Below are positions 26,647 to 35,196 of a stretch of DNA of 61,634 nucleotides, one piece after another (position 1 is the stretch's first letter; each line of letters starts with the position of its first letter). This DNA comes from an uncultured Alphaproteobacteria bacterium (GTDB taxonomy: Bacteria; Pseudomonadota; Alphaproteobacteria; RF32; CAG-239): NCBI GenBank assembly GCA_910580155.1, contig CAJTWX010000001.1, forward strand, positions 1 to 61,634, given 5' to 3'. The notes beneath the pieces were generated by a model. That model was not told the DNA's origin. It made no database searches and worked only from the letters and a program-made list of their open reading frames with translations. A program made the position numbers and the translations under genes.

Positions 26647-29571
26647 ATGCTGAACAGCTTAAAAAATATCTTAAAAGGACAGCGCGAAAAAGCTGAAGAG
26701 ATAATCGGCGATAAAGAAAAATATCAACAAGAAGCCAAAGTTCGCCATATTAAGGATATTGTCAAAAATCCTTTAACCCGCCTGCGTATTGAGTTTTCGT
26801 CAAATTTTCTGACCGCCGAGTGCAAAACCAAAATCACCGAGGAGTATGTTCGGAGCCTACACGCCAAAATAGAATCCGTTTTTGCAACCGATGAAGATAA
26901 AAAAGAAATTTTTGCCGCCCATCAGGAAAATTTTGAGCATTTTCTGGCGACTGGTGACATTAAAACCCCGTTAAACCTCAAAGACGAAGAATCACAGCTC
27001 TTTTGGGGCGCAGCTTTGGCGCTTTATGCCGTCCATCCCGAAATTTCTAAAAAATGGAATAACCGCAACCATAATCCTAACATCACCAAAAGCACGATTT
27101 GGCGGCGTATCGCCTCATCAACATATATGAGTCAGGAGTTGCAAAAACACGCCGCAATTTTGGAAAATTCATTAAGTAATCCCGATGCTAAAATAGTTTG
27201 GAGCACAAACGGCTATCCGAATATCAGCTATTGTTTTATCCCCGATAAAAATCTGATTATTGACGATATGCTCTGGACGCTGGTTGCCGGCGCCGATGCT
27301 GCCGCTCCGGCCATCAATCACGAAATTGCCCACTCGCAGGGAACACAAATCACAAAATCCCCGCGGATGGAAGAGATTGAAAAGCGCCAAAAGGAGCTGA
27401 TGGATATAATGCGCGTCGCCGCCCAAAAGAAAGACCGTGAAGCATATAATAAGGCAGCCAAAGAGGCAACGCGTTTAAAACTTGAGTTTCAATACCGGTT
27501 TTATTTTTTAGACGAGCTGGAGAATATGTATGCGAACCGTTTTGCGATTAATTTCGGCGGCGAATACGATGCTGCGCATTTAAATGAGCTTGAAGCAGAT
27601 ATTAACGTCGGCGCCAAATACCTTGCGCCGAAAAATGTTGAAGAGGCAGAAAAAATATTCAAAAAGTCTGCCCAGCAAAGAATTATACACGTTAAGGCTA
27701 TTGCGCGCAACAGCTTTTTTGCCAATAACCAGCTTATCTCGCCGCTTAAAAATGAAGAGTGGCATTCGCTGCACCTGTATCCTGAGCTGCTAAGTGGCAG
27801 AGATACAGATAACCGTCAGATGGGAGCAGCCGAGTGTTTTGAGCGCATTCGTGAAATTTGTGATAAATTTGAAACCAGTCAGCCCAGCCCGCGGCTTAAA
27901 AACCTGAATGAAAAAATGTATAAAACGCGTATGGCTTCAATGAGCAAGCGCCGTGCTGCAATGGTTGATGATTTTTTTGATATGTTTGTCGAACCCCATA
28001 TGGAAGAGCTGTATAAAGAAGCTGAAAAACAGTTTGATGAGCAGAATAAGCAACAGCAAAGCCAAATGCAAAACCAACAGCGGCAACAAGACCAGCAGCA
28101 GGAAAGCCAGCAAGGTCAGGGCAGCAGCCAAGACCAGCAACAGGAGAATCAGCAAGGACAAGGAGATAACCAAGAGCAGCAACAGGGACAAGGCGATGAA
28201 CAGCAGGGAGAAACCGATGAAAGCGCCTCAAACAGTATGCCTGAAGGATTTCCGCCGATGGAGCAGTTTGAACTGCCGGATACCGAGAGCCAATATCGCC
28301 CGAAACTTACGGAAGAAGAAATAAACGAACTGCTTGAAAAAGCCGAAAACCTGCAAGATTTGAAAAAGCTCCTCGAAAAAAGCGAACAAAACAAAGATAA
28401 TAACGGCGAGAATAAAGACAATAAAGAACCGCAGTCAGCCCGCGGGATAAATCCCAAAGAATCAAATAACAAACAGCAGGGCGATAATCTTGAAGACTAT
28501 ATTCCGCAAAATGACTATCCGACACTGATAGACATAGACCAAATGCAAAAGCTCAAAGGCGATGAAATGCAGGCTGCGCGTTTTTACCGCGAGGGCAATT
28601 GGGACGAATACCAAAAATATATCGCCCAATATGCCAATGAAATTGCGCAGGCCAAAAAACTCATAGCCGAGATTATCAAACAAAACAAGCTAGACAGCAT
28701 ACGCCGCGGACACGAAAAGATTAAAGAGAAAATGACCCAACTCCCCGTTCAGGGCGGGCGGACAATAGACCTGCAGCGTCACGTTGCGCTCGAACAAAAG
28801 CTCCGCCGCGGCGACCCGAACATTACCCGTAAAGATTTAGAGCGTTTCCGTACGCGCTATAAATATTCCGAAGACGAGATAATCAAAGAAATCCAAATTC
28901 CGCAATCCAACTTCGGTATCTTGATTGACGGTTCGGGCTCTATGACCGGCAGCCCATTTGAAAATGCGTTGGCAATCTCCTGCATTTTGTATGAAGCCGC
29001 CCGCAGTTTCAAAGAGATAAACGTATATATTTATATGATGGGTGAGCCGATACCATTAACGGTAGCGCTTCCGGATGACCCCACCAAAAAAATTGCCGAA
29101 AGGCTTGAGAGCGTGCGCAGAGGGCAGGGCGGCTGCAATGATTATTTGACGCCGGCTATTCGTCAGCTGCTGATAGATGTTTCTGATGATATGAAAGAAC
29201 ATCCGCACGTTAAAAGCGGCTTTACACACATCTTCTCCGTTACCGACGGCGGCAACAACGACTATGGCAGCGTAGATGTGAACAGCTGTATTGAAAAACT
29301 GTTGGAGAAAAACGAACAAATCACCTTTGACAGTTTCTTCATTGACGGTGGCTGGCGCAATTATACCAAACCGCTGATAGATAAGCTCAAAAAGCAAGGT
29401 TCAACCCAAATCGACTGTGTGGATGATATCGACAGTCCCGAGAAAATCCCCGCAGCGATTACCGAAATGTTGAAAAAAAGGATGAAAAACAGCCAAATAA
29501 AGACACCGCAAACCAACGACATTAAGCAAAAGTTAATAACTGATACGCTAAAAAATATAAAATGGCGTTAG
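26647..29571 (+). CDS. Giant HExxH-motif + Gln-rich linker + C-terminal von Willebrand A (vWA) domain protein
   Basis: 974 aa. HEIAH lies at nt 27319-27333. A Q/E/D/G low-complexity spacer spans nt 28041-28212. The vWA MIDAS is ILIDGSGSMTG (DGSGS at nt 28927-28941) with a later SVTDGGNN. Confidence 0.85.
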   Translation: MLNSLKNILKGQREKAEEIIGDKEKYQQEAKVRHIKDIVKNPLTRLRIEFSSNFLTAECKTKITEEYVRSLHAKIESVFATDEDKKEIFAAHQENFEHFLATGDIKTPLNLKDEESQLFWGAALALYAVHPEISKKWNNRNHNPNITKSTIWRRIASSTYMSQELQKHAAILENSLSNPDAKIVWSTNGYPNISYCFIPDKNLIIDDMLWTLVAGADAAAPAINHEIAHSQGTQITKSPRMEEIEKRQKELMDIMRVAAQKKDREAYNKAAKEATRLKLEFQYRFYFLDELENMYANRFAINFGGEYDAAHLNELEADINVGAKYLAPKNVEEAEKIFKKSAQQRIIHVKAIARNSFFANNQLISPLKNEEWHSLHLYPELLSGRDTDNRQMGAAECFERIREICDKFETSQPSPRLKNLNEKMYKTRMASMSKRRAAMVDDFFDMFVEPHMEELYKEAEKQFDEQNKQQQSQMQNQQRQQDQQQESQQGQGSSQDQQQENQQGQGDNQEQQQGQGDEQQGETDESASNSMPEGFPPMEQFELPDTESQYRPKLTEEEINELLEKAENLQDLKKLLEKSEQNKDNNGENKDNKEPQSARGINPKESNNKQQGDNLEDYIPQNDYPTLIDIDQMQKLKGDEMQAARFYREGNWDEYQKYIAQYANEIAQAKKLIAEIIKQNKLDSIRRGHEKIKEKMTQLPVQGGRTIDLQRHVALEQKLRRGDPNITRKDLERFRTRYKYSEDEIIKEIQIPQSNFGILIDGSGSMTGSPFENALAISCILYEAARSFKEINVYIYMMGEPIPLTVALPDDPTKKIAERLESVRRGQGGCNDYLTPAIRQLLIDVSDDMKEHPHVKSGFTHIFSVTDGGNNDYGSVDVNSCIEKLLEKNEQITFDSFFIDGGWRNYTKPLIDKLKKQGSTQIDCVDDIDSPEKIPAAITEMLKKRMKNSQIKTPQTNDIKQKLITDTLKNIKWR
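28041..28212 (+). repeat. Coding CAG/CAA-rich low-complexity tract (poly-Gln/Glu/Gly linker)
   Basis: Encodes QNKQQQSQMQNQQRQQDQQQESQQGQGSSQDQQQENQQGQGDNQEQQQGQGDEQQGE, with imperfect internal duplication. Confidence 0.8.
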
Positions 29572-29640
29572 ACAGAAATAAAAACCGGTTGCATAAATTG
29601 CCAAAAAAGGATATAATAAACGAAAAGACAAAAAAGGAGA

Positions 29641-32277
29641 ATGGCAATGGCAAAAATATACAGACACAAGTTCGGAACCCCCGCATATCCGATTCCGATT
29701 GCCGACAAGCTGACCGGTGAAATCACTTGGCTGGCCGATGAAGAAAACGCCGTTTACATCCCCACAATGCGTGACGAAGACAAAGACCGCATATATGGCC
29801 GCCTCATCCGGCAGGTTGTGACTGACCCGACAATGATGAAAGATATGACGGAAATGCTCCTAAGGCTTGATAAAAGCCGCACACCGGCCGAGAGCAAAAG
29901 CTACGGCTACACCACAATGGGTGCCCCCGGTAACGGTAAAACTTTCCTGTCCAGAGCCATCGGCGAACTCGTGCATCCCAAAGGCGCAATTATCGTAGAC
30001 TGTAATAATATTGATAACCCCGACGAGCTGTTTAAGGTAACAACTTTCAGCGTAGACCAGACCCGCAAGCAGCGCAAAGTAGACGCTGCAATCCGTATGG
30101 GCAATCACGACCCTGAAAATCCGTTTTCTCAAAATGCCGTAGTTTATATGAAAAAAATGTTCGGCAATGAAATTGTCACTCAGGAAACCCGAGACGGCAG
30201 AAAAATCACCGCCGTAGACTGGAACGCTATCAAGCAAGATTCCTCGTATGTGGAGGCGGTGCTTGATCGTGTGATGGAAATTGCCGAGATTAAGTATGAA
30301 AAAGATGCAAGCTCCTTAGGCTTTGTTGTCAGCAATGGTCCGTTATTGCAGGCATTGATAGACCCCGAGTCGCCGGACTACGGACGTATGGTTATCCGCG
30401 ATGAATCAAATCGCGGGCCGGTCGTAGACGCGTGGTTGCGCATTCAGGCATTTTTCTCCGAGCCGTCTGCCGACGAGCTGAAATTAAAAGGCGAAGATGA
30501 TAAAGAAATGGTTATCCGCCGCACTGAAATCCCCGACACGTTTATGTTTTTGGGCACGGCAAATAATGCGACCGAAGATATGGGGTTAAGTGCCAAGGAG
30601 CTGACCAAACCGATGATTTCCCGTGAAGGTATGGGCATTGATATCCGCCAGATTTCAGACCCCGAAAAGGCTGACTTTATCTCGCGTACGTTAAAGCACT
30701 TAACCGGTGTTCCTGCTTATCACGTTTATATGATGGACCCCGATTATTTTGACAAGCGTCCCGAAGAGCTGGCAAAAACCTTAATGCACCTGCGCACCGT
30801 CGGCTTAACCGCAGCCGAGAAAAAGAAAATCCCGCAGGAAGAAAAGTTTAATATCGAACATATTGACCGTACTATTCAGGTTGCAACCCAATACGGCAGC
30901 TTAATCGCCGAGGCGGAAAATATTGTCCGTCAGGCCATTAAAGATGACAGCCTGCCGACAGCTTATACCGATTATCTGCAAAATCAGGTTGTACTTGATT
31001 TGCGTTATGTTTATAAGCTTTACCAGCATTCTAAAATCAACCATCCGACAGTCAAAACAAAAGGCAAAGGATTATTTGCCGGCTTAGGGAAGAAAGAAAC
31101 CACCCAAACGCAGGAGGAAATCGCTTGGGAGATGAACAAGCGTATTGCCAAACGCGAAAAAGACCAGCTTTTGGTGCGCGGCACACGGCTTGAAAACGAA
31201 GTCGCCGCCAAACTGCACGATATGATAATTCCCGACAGTATAAACAATATGCTCAAAGACTCGGAAGACGCTCAAGCCGATTATGGCAAAATTGAGGGGT
31301 TATGGAAATCTCTGGTGCAGACAGCCAAAGGCTTAAAATTCGAATATGCCGGCTATATCGGGGAAGATTCGGTTGCACAGACATATAATGCCCGCCCCGA
31401 AGACCTGCCGAATGTTGCGCTTGATGATATAAAAGAAATTCTGATAAGTTCCATCAACCGCGAATATAAAGAAAACCTGCTGCCGGAAGACGTGTTTGAT
31501 GACGATACCTTGCTTGAAGCAACCAAAATGCTGGCTAAAGAAGACGATTTGGAACATATCCTCGTGCCAAACCACGATATCGAAACCACCGTAGACGAGC
31601 CATTATTAAAAACATATATCGCCTCTACCGAAAAAACGCAGCTTAACCGCGAAGATTTGGTAAGTGCCGCACAGTTTGCCGACAGTCTGATTTATAAAAA
31701 TATGCGCAAATACAACATCCGCAAGTTTGCCGATGAAAAGCCGCAATTAGACGAGGGATATGGCAATCAAACAAGCCATCATATTGCACTGGGCAAAGAC
31801 GACAATTTCTTCACCACCAGCGTTCTCGTTAATGACAAGGAAAATCAGAATATCGGCTTTGCCTCGATTATTTATAACAAAGGTAATCAAAACACGCTTG
31901 TTTTGGCAAATTTTGAGGTTGAAAATGACTGCCGCGCCAAGTTAAGCAAAAACGGCGTCTTGTTTGTGAACTTAAAACGCGAAAAAAGCGATGCCGATGC
32001 AGAGCGCGATTATAAACTTATAGCAAACTACCTGAAAGACCAGACCGACCAATGTGCAGACAGCAATGTTAAACCGTCGGATATTGTGTCCTCATTGATG
32101 TTGCGTATCGAAAAAGATTTAGCCGAAGAAGGAACAGTTGAAGACTATTGCCAATATTTGCAAGGCCTGTCAGGCGAAGAACTGGCCGTTTGTGATGCCG
32201 TGCAGCTGAGCAACATCGGTTATGAAGACAATCAAACCCTGCAACAGGTTATGGCAAAAAACATAAAAGGGAGATAA
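29641..32277 (+). CDS. AAA+ ATPase (AAA_5/MoxR-type module) with a large unknown C-terminal region
   Basis: 878 aa. Walker A GAPGNGKT (nt 29920-29943), Walker B MVIRDESNRG, FLGTANN and ISREGMG. The ATG at 29647 may be the true start because AAGGAG spacing fits it better. About 520 C-terminal aa carry no recognisable motif. Confidence 0.85.
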   Translation: MAMAKIYRHKFGTPAYPIPIADKLTGEITWLADEENAVYIPTMRDEDKDRIYGRLIRQVVTDPTMMKDMTEMLLRLDKSRTPAESKSYGYTTMGAPGNGKTFLSRAIGELVHPKGAIIVDCNNIDNPDELFKVTTFSVDQTRKQRKVDAAIRMGNHDPENPFSQNAVVYMKKMFGNEIVTQETRDGRKITAVDWNAIKQDSSYVEAVLDRVMEIAEIKYEKDASSLGFVVSNGPLLQALIDPESPDYGRMVIRDESNRGPVVDAWLRIQAFFSEPSADELKLKGEDDKEMVIRRTEIPDTFMFLGTANNATEDMGLSAKELTKPMISREGMGIDIRQISDPEKADFISRTLKHLTGVPAYHVYMMDPDYFDKRPEELAKTLMHLRTVGLTAAEKKKIPQEEKFNIEHIDRTIQVATQYGSLIAEAENIVRQAIKDDSLPTAYTDYLQNQVVLDLRYVYKLYQHSKINHPTVKTKGKGLFAGLGKKETTQTQEEIAWEMNKRIAKREKDQLLVRGTRLENEVAAKLHDMIIPDSINNMLKDSEDAQADYGKIEGLWKSLVQTAKGLKFEYAGYIGEDSVAQTYNARPEDLPNVALDDIKEILISSINREYKENLLPEDVFDDDTLLEATKMLAKEDDLEHILVPNHDIETTVDEPLLKTYIASTEKTQLNREDLVSAAQFADSLIYKNMRKYNIRKFADEKPQLDEGYGNQTSHHIALGKDDNFFTTSVLVNDKENQNIGFASIIYNKGNQNTLVLANFEVENDCRAKLSKNGVLFVNLKREKSDADAERDYKLIANYLKDQTDQCADSNVKPSDIVSSLMLRIEKDLAEEGTVEDYCQYLQGLSGEELAVCDAVQLSNIGYEDNQTLQQVMAKNIKGR

Positions 32278-32279
32278 TA

Positions 32280-32594
32280 ATGGAAAAGTTTATGGATAAA
32301 AACGAGATTGAGAGCATCATTCTGCAAACCGTGCTGGCACGCCCGTATCAAGAGTTTGAGGGCTGCCGCGTGTATCCGCTTCAGGCCAAAGGCGAAGAAG
32401 AAGTGATAAAAAATCTCAAAGGTACCAAAGAGGTTGAAACACTTGCCGAGCTTGAAGATGCAGTCAATGCTCCCGATGTCGCGCAGGTTTATGTCGGCAA
32501 ATACGCTTCCATCACCTCTAAGGGAATGAAAAATGTCCTTTCCCGCACCGCTCTGACCAAAGAAATTTTCTGTGCTTTCACGGTTAAAGAGTAA
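32280..32594 (+). CDS. Small acidic hypothetical protein (104 aa), third gene of the vWA/AAA+ operon
   Basis: The ATG lies 2 nt after the stop of the AAA+ gene. No family recognised. Confidence 0.6.
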   Translation: MEKFMDKNEIESIILQTVLARPYQEFEGCRVYPLQAKGEEEVIKNLKGTKEVETLAELEDAVNAPDVAQVYVGKYASITSKGMKNVLSRTALTKEIFCAFTVKE

Positions 32595-32791
32595 AATTTA
32601 ATCGTTGCAGGTGGCGCTGCCATTGCTGTACAGTAAAAAATATGCGCGTAGCTCTTCATACTCTCAACTGGTTGAAAATTTAATCGTTGCAGGTGGCGCT
32701 GCCATTGCTGCACAATAAAAAATATGCGCGTAGCTATGCATACTCTCAACTGGTTGAAAATTTAATCGTTGCAGGTGGCGCTGCCACTTGA
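32593..32791. repeat. 82-bp tandem direct repeat, 2 full copies plus a ~35-bp partial copy
   Basis: Units start at 32593, 32675 and 32757 (aaaatttaatcgttgcaggtggcgctgcca...). Copies 1 and 2 differ at a handful of positions. The third copy is truncated where the next promoter begins. Confidence 0.9.
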
Positions 32792-32816
32792 CAAAAAAAT
32801 AGATGTCTGTTAATAT
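32788..32816 (+). promoter_or_regulatory. sigma70-like promoter for the 32844 gene
   Basis: TTGACA (32788-32793), a 17-nt spacer, then TAATAT (32811-32816). The -35 is fused to the end of the partial repeat copy. Confidence 0.55.
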
Positions 32817-32843
32817 CCCATACAGAACAAAAATTTTTTAGAT

Positions 32844-33575
32844 ATGGATTATATTCAAGCACGCGAGCTGCTTTCAAGAGAAGGCAGACTCACACCGCAA
32901 GAGGCGGTAGACCTCTTAAACAGCTGGCGTATGGATGCAGATAATTATTACTTTCTGCTGCAAACAACCGGCGCCTCCGTTCCGCTAAAGCAATATATTT
33001 GCTATGCAGATGAAACAGGTGAATATGTTTTTGAAAAAACGGAAAAGTGTATATTGTCTCCGGCTTATGCGCTCAAATTCTTTGAGTTTGAGTCAGACAG
33101 TCTGACTACCGCTTTTCTGGATACGCTTGATGTGTTGAGTTACCCCGCGGAAGAAGATACGGACATAACCTTTTACGAATGGCCGTATTACAATTCGGAA
33201 GTGGCGTTTCACCTCTCCGCTGAAACAATCATAAAAATATTGCTAAACTGGCATTATGTTTTTGATTGTGATTCAGATGCGTTCGGGATGATTTACAACA
33301 CTCTGTACGAAAAGCTCAGTGCCGCAGAAGAATGCACGGATATTCTGGCTGTTAACAGCTTTAATCTGCACGATTGGGGTGAAAACAACACTCTTCCTGT
33401 AGATATAGTTGCCAAGCATTACCATTTTGCCAATTACTCGGTAAGCACCGGAGATAATGGCGGGGAAGATGTGTATTTCCGCAAGTGTCTTATTCATTAT
33501 CTGTATGCCTATTGGCAAAATCTGGGTGAGATAGTGTCTGCTGTTTTGTACGAACGGGCAAAACGCTGCAACTAA
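32844..33575 (+). CDS. Hypothetical acidic protein (243 aa)
   Basis: Clean ORF with its own promoter and terminator. No family recognised. Confidence 0.65.
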   Translation: MDYIQARELLSREGRLTPQEAVDLLNSWRMDADNYYFLLQTTGASVPLKQYICYADETGEYVFEKTEKCILSPAYALKFFEFESDSLTTAFLDTLDVLSYPAEEDTDITFYEWPYYNSEVAFHLSAETIIKILLNWHYVFDCDSDAFGMIYNTLYEKLSAAEECTDILAVNSFNLHDWGENNTLPVDIVAKHYHFANYSVSTGDNGGEDVYFRKCLIHYLYAYWQNLGEIVSAVLYERAKRCN

Positions 33576-33601
33576 AACGTATAAGCGTTACAATTTAAAA
33601 G

Positions 33602-33625
33602 TCGGGGTTTTCCCCGATTTTTTTT
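33602..33625 (+). terminator. Rho-independent terminator
   Basis: Stem tcgggg (33602-33607) pairs with ccccga (33612-33617), followed by a run of 8 T. Confidence 0.7.
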
Positions 33626-33697
33626 GTGCTGACGTTTTTGGTTGACAACCGTTGCCTGAATGCTATGCTCGGTTATATTGTTATAAGGAGAAAACAA

Positions 33698-34573
33698 ATG
33701 CCCTCAATGGTCGATAAACTGAAAGTAAACATCCAATATTTCCTGCCCAAAAAGCTGCTCTCTCGTGCTGTCGGCAAACTGGCCGCGGCAGAGCTGGGCA
33801 AAGGAACGACTTGGATAGTTGAAAATTTCATCAAATATTACAATGTTGATATGAAAGATGTTGAAGTCAAGGATGTAAATGAGTTTAAAACCTTTAATGC
33901 GTTTTTTACCCGTGCGCTGAAAAAAGGCGCCCGCCCGATTGCGGCCGAGGCAGAGGCTCTTGTTTCTCCGGTAGATGGTACGGTTAGCGAATTGGGTGAG
34001 ATTTATAAAGACGCCGTGCTTCAGGCCAAAGGGCATTATTACAGCCTCGAAGCTCTGCTGGGAGGAGACCCGAAAGACGCTAAAGATTTTGAATCCGGCG
34101 AATTTGCCACCATTTACCTTTCGCCCAAAGATTATCACCGTGTGCATATGCCGTTTGCGGGCAAACTTGAAAAAATGGTTTTCATCCCCGGAGATTTGTT
34201 TTCGGTTAATCCTTTAACTGCTAAAAATGTTGATAATCTGTTTGCACGCAACGAACGGGTGGTTTGCTTTTTTAAGAACGATAAAATCGGGCGTTTTGCA
34301 GTTGTATTGGTCGGAGCCACGATTGTTGCGAGCATAGAAACCGTTTTTGCCGGAGTAATAGCGCCGTCTGTCGGCAAGGAAAAAACAATTTACGATTACA
34401 GCAAAGACAATATCACTTTCAAAAAAGGTGATGAACTCGGGCGTTTCTTACTGGGCAGCACAGTCGTTTGCGTTTTCCCGAAAGGCAAAGTCGGCTTTGA
34501 TAAAAAATTAAAAACCGGCACACCGCTCAAAATGGGCACTAAAATCGGTGATGTTAAAGGAAAACAAGCATAA
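33698..34573 (+). CDS. psd: Phosphatidylserine decarboxylase proenzyme
   Basis: Start refined to 33698 (AAGGAG RBS). KVNIQYFLPKK is N-terminal like E. coli Psd. DYHRVHMP is present, and the LGST self-cleavage site occurs in FLLGSTVV. Confidence 0.85.
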   Translation: MPSMVDKLKVNIQYFLPKKLLSRAVGKLAAAELGKGTTWIVENFIKYYNVDMKDVEVKDVNEFKTFNAFFTRALKKGARPIAAEAEALVSPVDGTVSELGEIYKDAVLQAKGHYYSLEALLGGDPKDAKDFESGEFATIYLSPKDYHRVHMPFAGKLEKMVFIPGDLFSVNPLTAKNVDNLFARNERVVCFFKNDKIGRFAVVLVGATIVASIETVFAGVIAPSVGKEKTIYDYSKDNITFKKGDELGRFLLGSTVVCVFPKGKVGFDKKLKTGTPLKMGTKIGDVKGKQA

Positions 34574-35196
34574 TGCTGGCTTTTTCTTCGGACATCTATC
34601 TTATCAAAACCGCCGAGCTGCAAAAGTTGCCGCATAAAAAGGGGATAATACCCGACAACGGTGAAATCACACTCTTTCTGGACGCTGAAAACGGCGATTT
34701 CCTGATAAGCGGGGCAGGGGATGTTGCCGCGGCGGCGGATGAGTATCTGCCGGTACGTCTGGCTTATCAGTCATTTCCGAAATTAAAAAGCTTTTTTATC
34801 AATCTCAATAAAAAGATTAAACGCAGGCATTATATCATATCGCCCGCGGTTTATACCGTACCTCTCCAATGCTTGTATGATAACCACGTTCTCCGCGGCG
34901 AGCGTAATGCCCAAAATGCGTATGAATGGACAAATAAGCGTTGGCAAATGAGCGCAGAAGAAAAACATAAGCGTTGGACTGATTTGTATAATTCCTTAAA
35001 AAATCGTGGTTTTGACCGTAACGACCCGATTCTGCTGGTTTTGAACCGCTGTCTGGGGGTGAAAGACCAGATTTTTCAGGGTCACCATCGTTTGGGGATA
35101 TGTAAGGAACTGAAAATGAAAGAGGTCGCTGTTTCATTTTGGGCAGTTCATCGCTCGTTTGATTTTTTCAAACTGTTTGTGAGGAGAAAAATGTAA
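34573..35196 (+). CDS. ParB/Srx-fold (ParB-like nuclease domain) protein
   Basis: 207 aa. IFQGHHRLGICKEL matches the (D)GHHR signature of the ParB N-terminal/sulfiredoxin fold. Start and stop overlap psd and the GT2 gene as TAATG at both ends. Confidence 0.5.
   Translation: MLAFSSDIYLIKTAELQKLPHKKGIIPDNGEITLFLDAENGDFLISGAGDVAAAADEYLPVRLAYQSFPKLKSFFINLNKKIKRRHYIISPAVYTVPLQCLYDNHVLRGERNAQNAYEWTNKRWQMSAEEKHKRWTDLYNSLKNRGFDRNDPILLVLNRCLGVKDQIFQGHHRLGICKELKMKEVAVSFWAVHRSFDFFKLFVRRKM

Noticed and set aside
27896-28525. Several 70-125-aa ORFs on both strands inside the Gln-rich region of the 974-aa gene
   Set aside because: They are artefacts of the CAG/CAA/CTG-rich low-complexity DNA, which is open in several frames. 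They are nested within a long gene that has clear vWA motifs downstream in the same frame.
26647-32277. Calling the vWA/AAA+ pair CobT/CobS (aerobic cobaltochelatase) because of the acidic or low-complexity linker before the vWA domain
   Set aside because: The architecture is only superficially similar. The ATPase is about 2.5 times the CobS size with a long extra C-terminal region. The vWA protein carries an HExxH motif and a Gln-rich rather than purely acidic linker. No cobalamin genes are adjacent. I cannot exclude distant homology without profile searches, so it is left unassigned.
32593-32791. The 82-bp repeats as a CRISPR array
   Set aside because: The copies are directly contiguous with no unique spacers. 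The unit is far longer than CRISPR repeats, and no cas genes are nearby. This is a tandem repeat.
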